64,000 nucleotides of DNA from Podarcis bocagei (Eukaryota). Within the stretch, counting starts at the first letter, position 1. Every line of letters starts with the position of its first letter. The notes below the pieces were generated by a model. That model was not told the DNA's origin and searched no databases. It saw nothing but the letters and a program-made list of their open reading frames with translations. The position numbers were made by a program, and so were the translations under genes. The DNA lies in NCBI GenBank assembly GCA_964188305.1, contig OZ076887.1. One strand, written 5' to 3'. This document shows positions 1 to 13,189 of this stretch, in pieces.

Positions 1-2103
1 GAGTAACTGTTGGCACGCCTCTCTGTAACTTTTGCTTTCACAAGGGAAGGGAGCGACTTAAGCTTCACTTCCTCTCCTGGCAGTTTAAACACTGCTTACA
101 TTGTTTTATGGTTTCCATGGGAAAACAGATCTCAAGCAAGACCCAATTCATGGTCTGGGAGTACTTGAGGCTGAAGTACACTGTTGAACCTAAGCAGGTG
201 TGGATTTGATCAGAACTTTGGATGGGGGACCAGACTACTGGATGCCCCATGTAACAGCAGGAATTAGTACATTAAAAAAGCAAGTAAGAAAACAAATCTC
301 AAGCAACAAATTTAAGTGAAACCTTTTCCACATCTGGCCATCAACTGCAGATCATATAGTGTACACTGGCATTTTTTAAAAAAGTAAGCAAGATGCACAG
401 GAACAGAACTACTAGATGTCCAAGCCCTTGCTATGCAAGCACAGTGAGGAAATACAAAACACATTGCATAAGCATGCTTCCCATACATATTGTGCCAAGT
501 TAGGCACAGCAGTCTGTAAGTTGCATCCACGCACTCATCACCAAGGGCTGCCTTGTGAGCTGTGCAAACATCAAAACTGAATATCAGAAGTTGTTAGAAG
601 CAGACAAGAGGTATAGGGAAGGAAGAAGGGAAAACAGCACTGCACTCTGCCCACTGTCTCCTGAAAGGCATTACTGCAATGGCACAAGGGCCGGGGGGCA
701 ACAGCACTAGCTCCCATACAATAGTGACTCATTTCTCAACTTGGGCTGCCACAGAACCTGTGAGGAGACAGAGGATTCAGCCGAAACCCATATTCAATGG
801 GTCCTATGTCTCCTCGCAGGCTCTATGCTAGTTCAAAGAGATGTAAGCATACAAGAAATATCAAGGCTGTGTACACTGGTGTTTAATCCTTGAAACTGCA
901 GCAGCAAATGGGCTTATCAATCATTTATAAACACCTCTAATGCACAACATTTTATAGCCTTGACTTTTCATTCATGAATATTTAATAAATCATGCCCCAC
1001 AGAGAAAGGGGTCATGTTAGGTATACAGAGAGGTTTGAGGTCATTGCTTATAAAGGGCTCATGGACTAAACTCAAACCAGCATGGCCTAGTAATCATAAT
1101 GTGGTAATCTGTGAACTGCCCTATACCTCTGGGTATAGGGTGGTAAATAAATTCAATTAATAATAATCCTCATGATCCTCTCCATTCAATTCTTGTGAGG
1201 GTCAGGTAGATTGCACATTAAAGATACTACATACACTGTCAAGAGCTACCAAGCATTTGTGAATGAGTGTAGGTTGGACAGAGACAACTCTCCCTTGTCT
1301 CAAGCTCATGATTTCCATATTCTACTTCCAGATTTTGACACTGTCCTCTCTGCAAGGCCATATGGGTACATATAAACACAGGTAAAATGTTCCTTATGCC
1401 ACTACATACAGGAATGCTTACAAAGGAATTGTGGAAAATTAAAAGTCCAGGGGCACCAGTATCATAATGAACTGGCAATAACTATAATGCTACAGTAAAC
1501 ATCATAATTAAAGACTCATAATTTATGACTGGCATTTTATTTCACTGATTCCTTCCTTTCAGAACTGTTTGCCCTATAAGAAAGTATCATTTCATAGCAT
1601 TCTTCTTGCATAAATGAAAGAAAACACAATAGATACTGGAACTGGTGGCATCCTGGGACAAGTCTGCTTTTATGAAAGGAGCTACTTCATTCCTTCCTGG
1701 CATATTCTGAAACTGCCAAGCAAGAGGAAGAACAGGATGGTGCAGAGAGAGAGAGAGGAGGGGTGAGAAGGGCAGCAGTGAAGAGGAAGAATTCTCCTCT
1801 CACTTAGCTGCTCTTCACACTTGAGCCAATCGTGGTAGATGTGGCAATATACCTCCGTGCTGCCTGAACTGTCCTGTGGGAGTGGAAAGGAAAGAGTCAC
1901 AGGGGGATGTGAGCAAGACAGCTCATTCCTTTTGCTCTCTTCCTCCTGAATATTGTCAATGCATTTCAGAAACACGGAGGGGGGGTATTGCTTGATTTGC
2001 TGGGTGAGGGAAACGCAGAACCACACCTGACAACCAACAACACTAACAGTATTACTAACAGGAGTAATTTCGTTGTCCCCGAGAGGGGGCAATGACAATA
2101 AAG

Positions 2104-2104
2104 A

Positions 2105-2186
<82 letters not shown>
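2104..2186. repeat. (ATT)n microsatellite with one interruption
   Basis: Read directly from the sequence. Confidence 0.97.
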
Positions 2187-3167
2187 GGAGCCCATTACAT
2201 GACTTAAAATAAATGGCAATGTCCTTCTGCCTGTCTCTTTTTCCTAAGCTATCTCACCCAAAGATACATTTCTAGTTGCAGACAGATTTCTCTCAGGTGT
2301 TTGGAAAGAGACAAATTAGTACACAAGTTAAAAATTAATACATTTTTTTTCATTAAAAGAGAATAGTTATTTCCTCTGAAATCAGACATGGACGAAAGCA
2401 AGAGACAGCTCTTCGGCATCCATTCCTTTATTGCAGTTTTCATTGGTTGCAATGACCATTCACTTATTTAAAAACAGTTTACTGTGACAGACTATTTTAT
2501 TCCTTTCATGTTGGCAGAGTAAATCTGTGTCTGTCTGGCTGACTGCAGAGCACATATTTATGCAACTGACATGCATGAAAAAAGCATAGTAGCAACATTT
2601 TCCCCAGTTTGCTCTGTAAATCACAGCATTATTTTTATTTTGTTTGTTGCAAATATAGTTTATCATTTGACTCAGTAAAACACCATTCAGAAGGAAATAA
2701 TACATTTCCTACCACGTACAAATGAACTGCAGCACTTACATTAAAATTCCTATCTTCTGTTAGGTCCCATAAAACAGTTATATTTATTGGTAGCTGTTAT
2801 TTGAGTGATTCACATAAAGACACAATTCTGAGTGCCGGTTCCTGGCTTAATATTAGCAGAGAACCTTCTAGATCACTCACAATTAGGGCTGCTTCACACA
2901 TTAATTTGTACATGTAAAGCATTTTATCTGAAACTTTAAAAAAAACACCAACACAAACATGTTCACACAGCAGAACCCTATTTCCACAGCTTATCTGCTG
3001 CTGACCTTTAAATATGAGTTACAAGTAAGCTTTGAGATGGAAGCAGGAAGGGACTGCGACTACATGTGAACCACTTGCACAAGCAAACAACAGTTTCCTC
3101 CTTCAATGGCCATCTCTCAGTTTTGAGTGACTAGCAAGCTTCTTCATAGGTGAGTAGGACTATAGTA

Positions 3168-3293
3168 TAGCATTCCCCAACCTGAGACCAACCAGACACT
3201 TTGGACTACAACTCCCAACAGCCTGAGCCAGAATGGCCAATGATCAGGGATAATGGGAGTTGTAGTCCAAAACATCTCAAGTTAGGAAATGCA
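3168..3293. mobile_element. Decayed hAT-type palindromic MITE (GGACTACAACTCCCA family)
   Basis: Inverted arms TTTGGACTACAACTCCCA / TGGGAGTTGTAGTCCAAA. Related remnants lie near 53541-53644 and 58073-58135. Confidence 0.75.
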
Positions 3294-4394
3294 AGTGCAT
3301 TGTGCTCCTTTTACAGCAGCAGTGGGGAGTGGGATGGGGTGCAGCCACCGTCCCAAGACTGGTGTTTCTGCTGTTGAAGCAAGGCAAAGTTGGGGCTGCA
3401 TGGTCACCCTGCCCCAGCCTGGGTAAGCAGCAGCAACAGGAGGGCGGCTCTGCCCCACCATATGTGCCACTATTGCTTTACTGATAGCATGAAGTGCGAG
3501 AATCTCATTTAGGAAGAGCAACACTTCTGTTCAGTATTAACGGAGCAAGATCAGTGGAACAAACTTAGACATAATTGATCTAAACTGAATTTGGAATCAG
3601 CCCACCTGGCCAATAATTTTCCTTTTGGATATGAGGGAACAATATACCTTTTCTATGGTTGCCTAGGGAGTATTTATTTATATTATCGATCTACTTGCAT
3701 TCATTATTTACCATGAGACATTCAAAGATGCTTGAAAGAAGTACGTCTATTTCTGCAGACTGAAAACCAAAACTAAAAACAGAAAAGTTGCTAAGTGCAC
3801 ATATGAGTCCAATTGTGGTAAAGATGCTGTAGTTCTTTTATTGGGAGACTGCCAATTTGGGGGGGGGGGAGAGAGAACTATGATTTTTTTTATGACTACA
3901 ATGTTGAACAATTGCAATTTTATAGTATATGCTTTCAGGCTAAACATTTAGTTGTATTCCTGGCCAGAGATGTGGGGAAAGAGTCTCTCTCAGCTGTTAT
4001 AATTGTTACTTGTTTTCGTTTCATCTATCCTCTCCCACCCTAGTGAGTTGGATTTTTCAGTTGTAATAAATTATTTCGAATTGACAAGGCAGTGAACACT
4101 CCCATAAGCATTCATGGAATTTTGAATAGGCCAGAACTTTTTGGATACTTACTAAGTAACAAGAGGCAATGCTCTTACTCACTGCACATGTAACTTCACT
4201 TAAAGCAAAATCTGTACTTTCATCTTAATGAGAAAGGAGAGGAAATTCTCTCCAACAATGCTGAAAACCTTAAGAAATGTAGGAAAGGTATCAAACTACA
4301 AAGAGCTTTATAGGTCAAGTAAGAAGAGTGTCACAGTCAGATTGCAATCCTATGTACACTTACATGGAAATAACTCTGAAGGAAAATAGTGGTA

Positions 4395-4723
4395 CAGTGG
4401 TGCCCCACAAGACGAATGCCACGCAAGACGAAAAACCCGCTAGACGAAAGGGTTTTCCGTTTTCCGATGCGCTTCACAAGACGAATTTCCCTATGGGCTT
4501 GCTTCGCAAGACGAAAACGTCTTGCGAGTCTTGCGATTTTTTTCGCTTTCCCCCCCTTTTCTAAGCCGCTAATAGCCTTTTAGCCGCTAAGCCTTTAATA
4601 GCCGCTAAACTGCTAATAGCGCTAATCCGCTAAGCTGCTAATAGGGTTGCTTCGCAAGACGAAAAAACCGCTAGACGAAGAGACTCGCGGAACCGATTAT
4701 TTTCGTCTTGCGAGGCACCACTG
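4395..4723. mobile_element. Tc1/mariner-pogo (Tigger-like) MITE, family A, copy 1
   Basis: Terminal inverted repeats (TIRs) CAGTGGTGCC(C/T)C(A/G)CAAGACGAA and a TA duplication on both sides. Reiterated CGCAAGACGAA and GCCGCTAA motifs inside; CpG-rich, so probably young. Confidence 0.9.
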
Positions 4724-6021
4724 TACTTTATTTCAAATAATGATGCACTGGACTGTGAAATCAGATAGATAAATATGTGATTATACAGTATCTCAAATTC
4801 TACAGTAATTGTAATTGGCAACAGTCTTTGGGCTAGTCATAAAAAGAAAGACGTAAATGAAAGCATTTTTCTGTGGCACAGATACCTTGGTGGTCTAGAA
4901 TAGTTCACAACCCTGATTTTGCTAGTTTCTGCCAATCTATTCAAATAATCTGGGCATGTACCCTGTATGTAATCATTTATCAAATCTACATACTCATTTG
5001 CTAGAGGGAAGAACATTAAAGCAATTCTATGTGAAGATATATTACAAAGCAAAGGCTAAGTTTTATACACTGATAATTAAGAATGGGAAAGTACAATAAA
5101 AAATCACACTTAGTTCAGTACTGAAGCTGACGGGAACTTCAATATATTTATTCAGCTTGAAAAATGCAATTTCCTTTCCCTGCATCTTTGCAATGGTCAA
5201 AGTTGCCAGGTTGTTCAACAGCATTTTCTACCATCAGTTATGTAAGACCTGCCTTCTCAGCATTGCAACTGAGAACAGGCTAAGGACCAGCTTGAAAATA
5301 AAGTTCTTCTTGGCAACCTATCTAGATATCGTCATGAATTATGCTGCATCCCAATATTTTTTTAAAAAAGTCTTGCCTAAAGTCTAGCCAGTACTGACAA
5401 AAATGCAATCCAATGAGTTCAGAGTGAGGTTCCTGTTTTGCTTTGTAAAATTTTCCTCTTCCCTTGAAAAACAGCCTCGTGCATGAATTTCAGACAGGAA
5501 AACAGCAAGATGATTTAGAACAGCAGTGTGAAAACAATGTAGATAAGTGACATCAGCAGATCCAATAACATGTCTTTTATTTCCAATAAATACAGGGCAA
5601 GTAAAAACAGAACAAAGGGAGTGCTAACAAATAAAAGTAGGTACAACAATGTTATCAGCTAGAGCTATGTAGCCCAGCCTTGTTTTTAGCGACCCGCCTG
5701 ATGGCCAAGGTAAGGGCAACCAAGAATTTGATGCAGGCACATGAGCAGGCTGGCAAAGGAGAGATTGCTCAACCACCAGTTCATGGAATAAGTAAACAAA
5801 TTGCAGGCCAGATCTAGGAAGAGCCATAACTGGGGAACCAGGCAGAGCTGGACACAGGCACTACTCCCTTATGCAAATGTAAGTATTTCTGTTCTTCCAA
5901 ATTAAATTTTTTATTGGTTTTTACTTGTTTAGGTATGGTGGAAGGGGAAAACAAAGCAACACTCTTGAACATCAGCATCTCATGAAGGGTATACTCAGGA
6001 GGTCTTACATATTTAACATAA

Positions 6022-6207
6022 TAAAAAATTTCCTTCCAGTAGCACCTTAGAGGCCAACTAAGTTTGTTATTGGTATGCGCACTTCTTCAGATACACACGA
6101 AAGTTCATACCAATAACAAACTTGGTTGGTCTCTAAGGTGCTACTGTAAGGAATTTTTTTATTTTGTTTCGACTACGGCAGACCAACATGGCTACCTACC
6201 TGTAACT
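6022..6207. mobile_element. Short Penelope-like insertion with inverted terminal (pLTR) arms and a 13-bp TSD
   Basis: Arms at about 6022-6077 and 6106-6161 are reverse complements. The insertion is flanked by a perfect ATATTTAACATAA (6009-6021 and 6208-6220), with hammerhead fragments at the junction. Confidence 0.82.
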
Positions 6208-6482
6208 ATATTTAACATAAGTTACCTTTAACCAAATAAAAAATAAGGCTGCAATTTAATGAGCACTTATTTGTGAATAAGCCCCACTGAATATGGTGGG
6301 AATTACTTCTGAAAAAACATAAATCTCTCACGTCAACTGGGGGGGAAAAGTTAACTTGTTCTCTGAACAAGTTACGTGCTTCTCTGTATTTTATATAAAC
6401 TCCGTCTCAATGTTTCAAGACCATCTCTTGCCTCTGCATTCCATGAAAGCACCAATGCCTTATATTAAGCATCTCTACTCAC

Positions 6483-6644
6483 CTTCCACACTATCAGAAC
6501 AGGAGGTTCCGATACCAGTGTCCCCACTGTCAGAAGCTATGCTGTGTCTTCTCAGGTGGGTACTCCGACCACTTGATGAACCAGTTGTGGCTTGCCACAG
6601 TGGATCAGTACCAGGTAACCATCCCGACGAAGAATATTCTGTGC
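6483..6644 (-). CDS. CEP85L: CEP85L exon 2 (162 nt, phase 1-1)
   Basis: Acceptor ttttttcttggcag|, peptide (G)[53 protein letters not shown], donor GAAG|GTGAGT. The [23 protein letters not shown] block matches recalled human CEP85L. Confidence 0.95.
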
Positions 6645-8699
6645 CTGCCAAGAAAAAAGTATATTTATTCAAAGTCATTACGACAGAGTTCAACAACAAA
6701 CTGGATTTCAAAGATAATATCCACAGATGTAAAATTAGGAAACATCAAAACCTGTAGCAATTTGTTCTACGGTAATCTAATGATGTAGTTTATCACTGAA
6801 GTTGCACATGAATGCATTCAAACAAATGGCAGTCTCTTGTTAAGATCTGGTATCATTCAGTTACTACATTGTATATTTGTTGTGTTTATTCTCAACCTAG
6901 CTTTGCTCAAGGCTCAGAAGATATTGCAAAATACAGTTTATTTTTTGCTACGCATTTCTTTGCAAGTAAGGTTTTGAGAGGCAAGCTAGAAGTCATCATG
7001 CATTCGGACACACAGAAAATGTTGCTCAGGATTCTAAAAGGCTAGTTTTCTCTAGTTTTAATTTAATTAAAATGACCCTTAAGAGAAGTGTAATTAATAT
7101 TATATGAGAGCTCGACACCAAACCACAATCTTCTCAAAAGGGTTTTCAACAGCTTCCTTCCAGCAGACAAAGTTTCATTTGTCTGACACAAAAGACTCTT
7201 GCTAGAGGGCAACTTTTAGCAATCACTTCAACCGAAGACACTAAACAACTGCATGCTATCTGATATAAAAGAACAGAAATACAGTAAATATAGTTCAGCT
7301 CATCATCTATGGATTTCATGATCTTACAGCATGTCACAAACCATCTATTCAGGTCAGATCCTGAATGAAAAGACTTAAAAGCCATGAAGAAATACAGATT
7401 TTATGAGTTGTGACACAATGTAGTAGAGGCCAACCTTCAGTAAGTGCAAGATACACCCTATTCCAAAAAGTCAATTAATTAAATAAAATCACAGTTGAAC
7501 AATTAACTAAAGGGGAACCTTGAATAATGCCAGATGCACACGTGCATGCACACTCACATTGACAAACACTCATTGTGATTTGCTACATCATAACTAAACA
7601 GAGCAAAGCAGCAGAAACCACATTTCAAATTCAACTAATAAGGCACTTGGACTTCGTGCCAACCACATCTATTCAGGTTCCTTGATTCTTATCCTCTATA
7701 CTGCTGTCGCTACTTACTACATCTTTACACTTTCAATTCAGTTTGTGGATTCCAGTCTATGGAAGGATAGACATTTCCACTCAAGCTGCCCCCTCTTCTA
7801 TGTCTGCACACAGCCAATCAGCTATGCTGGTGCTACTGGCTAACACACACTTCAGATACAGTAATAAGCTCTTTTAGTAAATTACAAATGACATGCAGTG
7901 TGGCAGGACAAACCTGACCCACTTTCATTGCAGAGGAAGCTCATACCTTGCTTGAAGTATTCATGTGTGCATGTCTGTAGTGCTCAAATTTTAAAAAGAA
8001 CTGCAGAACGTAATTTTGCCAATTGGTATGCGCCAATCCCATCCGCGCTTTGCTAATTCCCATCCCACTTCAAAGCGCTTGCCTCTACAATGCAAATATC
8101 AAATGTATGTAAAAGTCAGGGGACTGAGCCAAGTATAACATGGGCAGATGATGCACAAGCATGTCCATTATGTCCTGCCAGGTTGCCCTCGTTATCCTGC
8201 TGTTCCTTCTTCATTTTTGCCAATCAGAACAGACTGCCAGGCCTACCCAGTTTGTGAGGAGCAGGGGAATAGTAGAGCAATACATATGGATGACAGGAGA
8301 CATTGGAGCAAATCATGCAACCTGTGCCAAGGCTTGAAATGGGCAGGTTCCCATTTTTCTTAAAGGATCAGGAAATTACTACAATTTTAGTTGCATGTAA
8401 AATGGACTCTGTGATTACCAAGGAATTGTATTATTTCCTTAGGTTTTATTAAGTCAAAATAGGTAAGCAATACTTTTTTTACCAGCAAGTGTAGTAAAAT
8501 GATGGCACGGAGACCGCTTTGAGGCAGCAGCTACACTTAATTATAGCAGAATCTATGGATTTTATGCAACTAAACATAATGCAAAATCTGGTAAAATTTT
8601 AGACACACAGCAGCAGAGAAGAGAGTCACGCAGAAGATTGCCTCTTTAAATTTTATTGATGCCTTGAATACTGTAGACTTACAAAATGTATTATTATTA

Positions 8700-9003
8700 A
8701 TTATTATTCATCATCATCAGCCCTTTGCCATGAAGTCTCAAGATAGGTAACAACAATTTAAAAATAAAATATTGAAATAATTTAAAACAAATGATAGTTA
8801 AACTAATAGGTCAGGTCTTGAAATACAGACCTCGGGTGTCAAAGACCAGGGTAAATTCAACATAGGACAAAAACTACTTATTAAAGGTAACAGACACACC
8901 TCAGTGGGAAGGAAATTCCATAGCTTAAGGGCTGACAAAGAGAATGCTCTCTCCTGGAACACCACCACTCAGAACTTGAGGGCAGTGGAACTACCAAGAG
9001 TGC
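8700..9003 (-). mobile_element. L2-like LINE 3' region; other L2-like tails at about 1105-1165 and 39895-40086
   Basis: GGGAAGGAAATTCCATAGCTTAAGGGCTGACAAAGAGAATGCTCT resembles the reverse-strand L2 3' conserved block and adjoins an AT-rich tail. Confidence 0.6.
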
Positions 9004-9214
9004 ATAATGCGTGTATACTCCACTGTCACAGTTAAGCACTATAAAATCCTTCAATGTCCTGCCTGTAGAAGATCGAAATGATGTAAGGGGAGGAAATAAG
9101 AATATATAGATCGCAGACAAGATGTAAGAATATAAACCTTGGATTTCCATCTTCCAGATTTGAGGACTGGAATAACAACTCCATTAGGGTAGTATTTATA
9201 GTATGAGAACTATA

Positions 9215-9488
9215 AAAAAGGTAAAGGACCCCTGACACTTATGTCCAGTCACAGACGTCTCTGGGGTTGTGGTGCTCATCTTGCTTTACAGGCCGAGGGA
9301 GTCGGCATTTGTCCGCAGGCAGTTTTTCAGGGTCATGTGGCCAGCATGACTAAGCTGCTTCTGGCACAACCGAACGCCAAAACCAGAGCAGCGCATGGAA
9401 AGGCTGTTTACCTTCCCGCCGAAGCAGTACCTATTTATCTACGTGTACCTTTTGGGGGCATGCTTTCGAACTGCTAGGTTGGCAGGAG
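9215..9488 (-). mobile_element. Sauria SINE (5'-truncated)
   Basis: ACCTTT-type tail (AAAGGTAAAGG on +) and body GGTCATGTGGCCAGCATGACT ... CATGCTTTCGAACTGCTAGGTTGGCAGGAG, as recalled for Sauria SINE. Confidence 0.88.
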
Positions 9489-9559
9489 TATATACTATAT
9501 TATATACTATATAGTATATACTATAGGTAGTATTACGGTAATTTACTGTCCTACTTGTA

Positions 9560-9728
9560 CCGTATTTTTCGCTCTATAACACGCACTCGACCATAACACA
9601 CACGTAGTTTTTAGAGGAGGAAAATCCGTAGGCATGCCACCCGTAGGCATTCCCTCCATAACACGCACAGACATTTCCCCTTACTTTTTAGGAGGAAAAA
9701 AGTGAGTGTCATGGTGCAAAAAATACGG
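9560..9728. mobile_element. Tc2/pogo-type MITE (CCGTATTTTT termini), short copy
   Basis: TA-CCGTATTTTT ... AAAAATACGG-TA. Its right end is the reverse complement of the left end of 23061-23524. Confidence 0.85.
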
Positions 9729-11464
9729 TAAATAACTTCTGCACTGACTGCATCTTATACTGTAATTCTTAATTCATAGCTGTAGTTGTCTCTAACAGCT
9801 GGTGAAATAGCTGACTTATACTTTTTTTACGAGACAATTACTTATCTTCAATGGATCAGCAGTAGGCCACAACAATTTCCAAAACATAAAAATACATAAA
9901 ATGGGACTTCACTAAATTAATGATATTCAATGTAAGCAAGAGAGAGCATTGCTCAAAGAGCACAGGGGTATTCTGAGAACCAGACAGAGCTGTGTAGGTA
10001 TATACACACTGACGCATGCAAGAATGGAAGGAAGAGGAAGGTAAGCAAAAGTTTCTCTTTGAACTTTTTACTCAGCACTTGCAACAAGCAGTCGTCATCA
10101 TTTCCGTAGTGGCACATGGTTGCTGCATAGTAAGTTACAGCCCTAGAGGGCTTCAACTGTAATTAGAGTGACACAAGTGAGACAAAGACAGCCTATAAAC
10201 AATCTACGTTAGCACAATGATAAGCTCTTAAAGCTCATGTTTTCATTCAAGTGCATTTGTGTAACACATAAAACCAGCATAGATATCAACTAACGAACTT
10301 TCAGGGCCTTTGTAGATTTCATTTTAATCCGGGACTCTGGAAACCTGCATGACTCAAATTGCACAGAATATGGCAACTAAAATGTATTCCTTTGCACACA
10401 ATCCTAAGAATCTGTTTTCATTTTCATGTTGCAAGTCTCTAGCTTACATATTACCTGAGCAGGCAGGGAATATAAAAAAGGGAATGACCATTTTTCCTTT
10501 AATAGGAATTCCAGTAATCAGAGAAAGGTCCATTTGCTAAGTGCAACCAGCGGCCATTTCTCATGGCAAAATCACATTTTCTTGGCCTTAAAATCCAGCT
10601 TCTTCCTTTATACACAGACAAACTAAATGAAACATTCCAAATTCTGGAAGACAAAAATTCCTCACAGAAACCATATGTGACATTGTACAAATTGTATGAA
10701 CTGTGCAAAGCTCATTTAGTCTACCTATTCCACTTGCAGAACCAAATCCTAGTATGAAAAAATTGGACAAGAGGAGTTTAGAGCTGAGTTGTACAGCCCT
10801 GCTGATTAGCTATTTTGCTCCTATAAAGTCTGTTAATACACAGCAGAAACAGAAAAATGAGCTACAGATGTTTCTTATTTCTACTTTGGCACGCAAATGC
10901 AATGCATTAGCTCATGCCTTCTATTGCTGGCTCACCTCCCCATCCTCCTAACCAATGCACTCTTCACCTATAGTAACTATTCCTCTTTTACACTCTCTGT
11001 TCAACCAAATTATTCCATGTGGGGAGATTTCATTTTTTAAAAACAGCCAGAGAATAGTAGATTTACACTGCTTTATTCTAAGCTGTTTTCATTGGTTTTA
11101 CATTGGTTTGCAAACAATTTTACTGCTTATAATCAAAATACAGTCCCTCTCATGAGTTATGCAGCAACCACCAATTTTTTTTTTTTTTTAAAAGAGAAAT
11201 GTAACTAACAACAGTCGAGCCTGCTCTGCATAACGAAAGGACTGCAGAACATAAGGCAGGGCTTGGCCACACAGTAAAGCAGAGGTGCAGGTCTGTAACA
11301 GCCAGGCCTTAGGGTGGAATGACAGGGATATGTGTTGCCATATTCCTGCAACCACTTGGAAACAAACGTTGTTTGTTGCACAAAAATGCATTTTACCTTG
11401 TCATTAAAAATAGCATTTCATGCTGCCAAATTTCCAATGAATTTTTTTAAAAAAATTTGCTATA

Positions 11465-11706
11465 CAGCCGTACCTTGGATCCCGAACACCTTGCGACTTG
11501 GACATTTTGGCTCTTGAACGCCGCAAACCTAGAAGTGAGTGTTCCGGGTTATGAACGTTATTTGGAACCCAAACATCTGACACTGCTTCTGATTGGGTGC
11601 AGGAAGCTCCTGCAGCCAATCAGAAGCCACACCTTGGTTGTTAAACGTTTTCGGAAGTCGGACGGACTTCTGGAATGGATTCCGTTCAACAACCAAGGTA
11701 CGACTG
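11465..11706. mobile_element. Tigger-like MITE, family B
   Basis: TIRs CAG(C/T)CGTACCTTGG with TA flanks. The interior is shared with 30843-31480. Confidence 0.85.
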
Positions 11707-13189
11707 TACCATGAACTTGAAGTAAGAAAGCTGATCTTGGAAATTTTGGTAAGCAGGGGCAGGAAGATGCTTGATTTACTGAGTAATAGGAAGATGTACA
11801 GTAGCTAGCAAGATATCGATACAATCAGGGCTGGGTAGGGTCAATACTGCTTCATTAAGTAAGGGAAGGCAGTATCACCAAAGTCACATTGTCATTTCCC
11901 TCTCCAACTGCACCCACCCACTGCCAAAGTAATGTGACAAAAACAAGTACATGTGATCCAACATTCTATGTGTTATGAATAGTTTTTTCAGCAGCTACAC
12001 TGTGCAATAATATACGAACTGGGCAACAGGGAGTTAAACTGTTATCTGTGTAATATCGTGTAATATTTAAGTAGCCCTTTAAATTAACAGTGAAAGAAAA
12101 CTTAAGGCAAGAGGGAGCGGATTTATGTACTTATGTACAAGGTTTATGGGGAAATTCAGCAAAGGACTCTTGAGATAGCCCTTCATGACTTCACTTGACA
12201 AGGTCCTCTAGCCAGTGACAAAAAGGGGAAATGTTTGCACCTTTGTTCATGGGGATGCAGCTGAAGTTTAGACAACCAGTATATGTAAGACACATCAGTT
12301 TCCAACAGAAGCAAACACAGCAGTAGTACAATGGGTCAATCAGTGGCCAAGAGGAAGGAAGCTCCATGCTACTAACTGGTGGAGCGATTGCTCCTTCCAG
12401 TTATTGCTCAGCATCAGTCTCTTCCTATACATCACACTGCCTAGCCACCGCTGTCAGTTTCCATTGCCTACAGAGGCACACAAAGCTTCCTTTTGGTAAG
12501 GAAGAAAGACATGCATAACAACCCCCGTCTTTCAGTATAACACTAAGCAACTTGCAGAAATGTGGTGTAGAAAGCAAGGTAAGATTGACAAAGACGCACT
12601 CCTGATTCCTGCCAGACAAACCCAAAGCTTGAGCACCATGGCCTACTGTGGAGCAGGCGGCAGTAAATAAAAATACTATATGATGTGTACAACTCGAGTT
12701 TCATTTTTATTTCAAACCCTTTATTACAGAGCCACATCCCTGCTATTCCAGGCCATATTTCTGATACGATGAAATTGTTTTTATAAAACTATTTTATTGA
12801 ATCTTTATGTGTTAAGGACAAGTCCCAAGTACCAACATTAGCACTGCAGCCTTCTTTAATTTAATTTTTACTGTCAATTTCAAACATAGGTTTTCCGCAG
12901 GTAATATATGAGAACAAGAAGGGTTTTTTCTGCAGGCTGCAATGCTATTTCTGAAGCTACATTAATTTCTATAGAGACTGGTCTCCCTAGTCCACTCATG
13001 CTCCCCTATGGGAGAAGCAAAGCAGTTTGATTCCCCCCCCCCCCCGCACACACACTTTATATGTTTATAGGTATTTTATTTATTAAATCTCTTTTCCACA
13101 CTTCCTCCCAAAGGATCCCAGCTTATATATATAAGCTTAGAAGAGGAAACAAATTGAACTACCTTCATCACTATATTCTTCTGACATCT

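Noticed and set aside
1682-2098. 138-aa minus-strand ORF in CEP85L intron 2
   Set aside because: It has a non-ATG start and no similarity to the recalled CEP85L exon 3 or any family I know.
4395-4723. Regularly recurring short repeats that resemble a CRISPR or iteron array
   Set aside because: The repeats are short, irregular and in both orientations, enclosed by TIRs and a TA duplication, in a vertebrate genome with no cas genes. It is a MITE.
1-6482. Nested phospholamban (PLN) gene expected from synteny
   Set aside because: I saw no MEKVQ..RRAST-like peptide. It should lie further inside CEP85L, beyond the left edge of the window.
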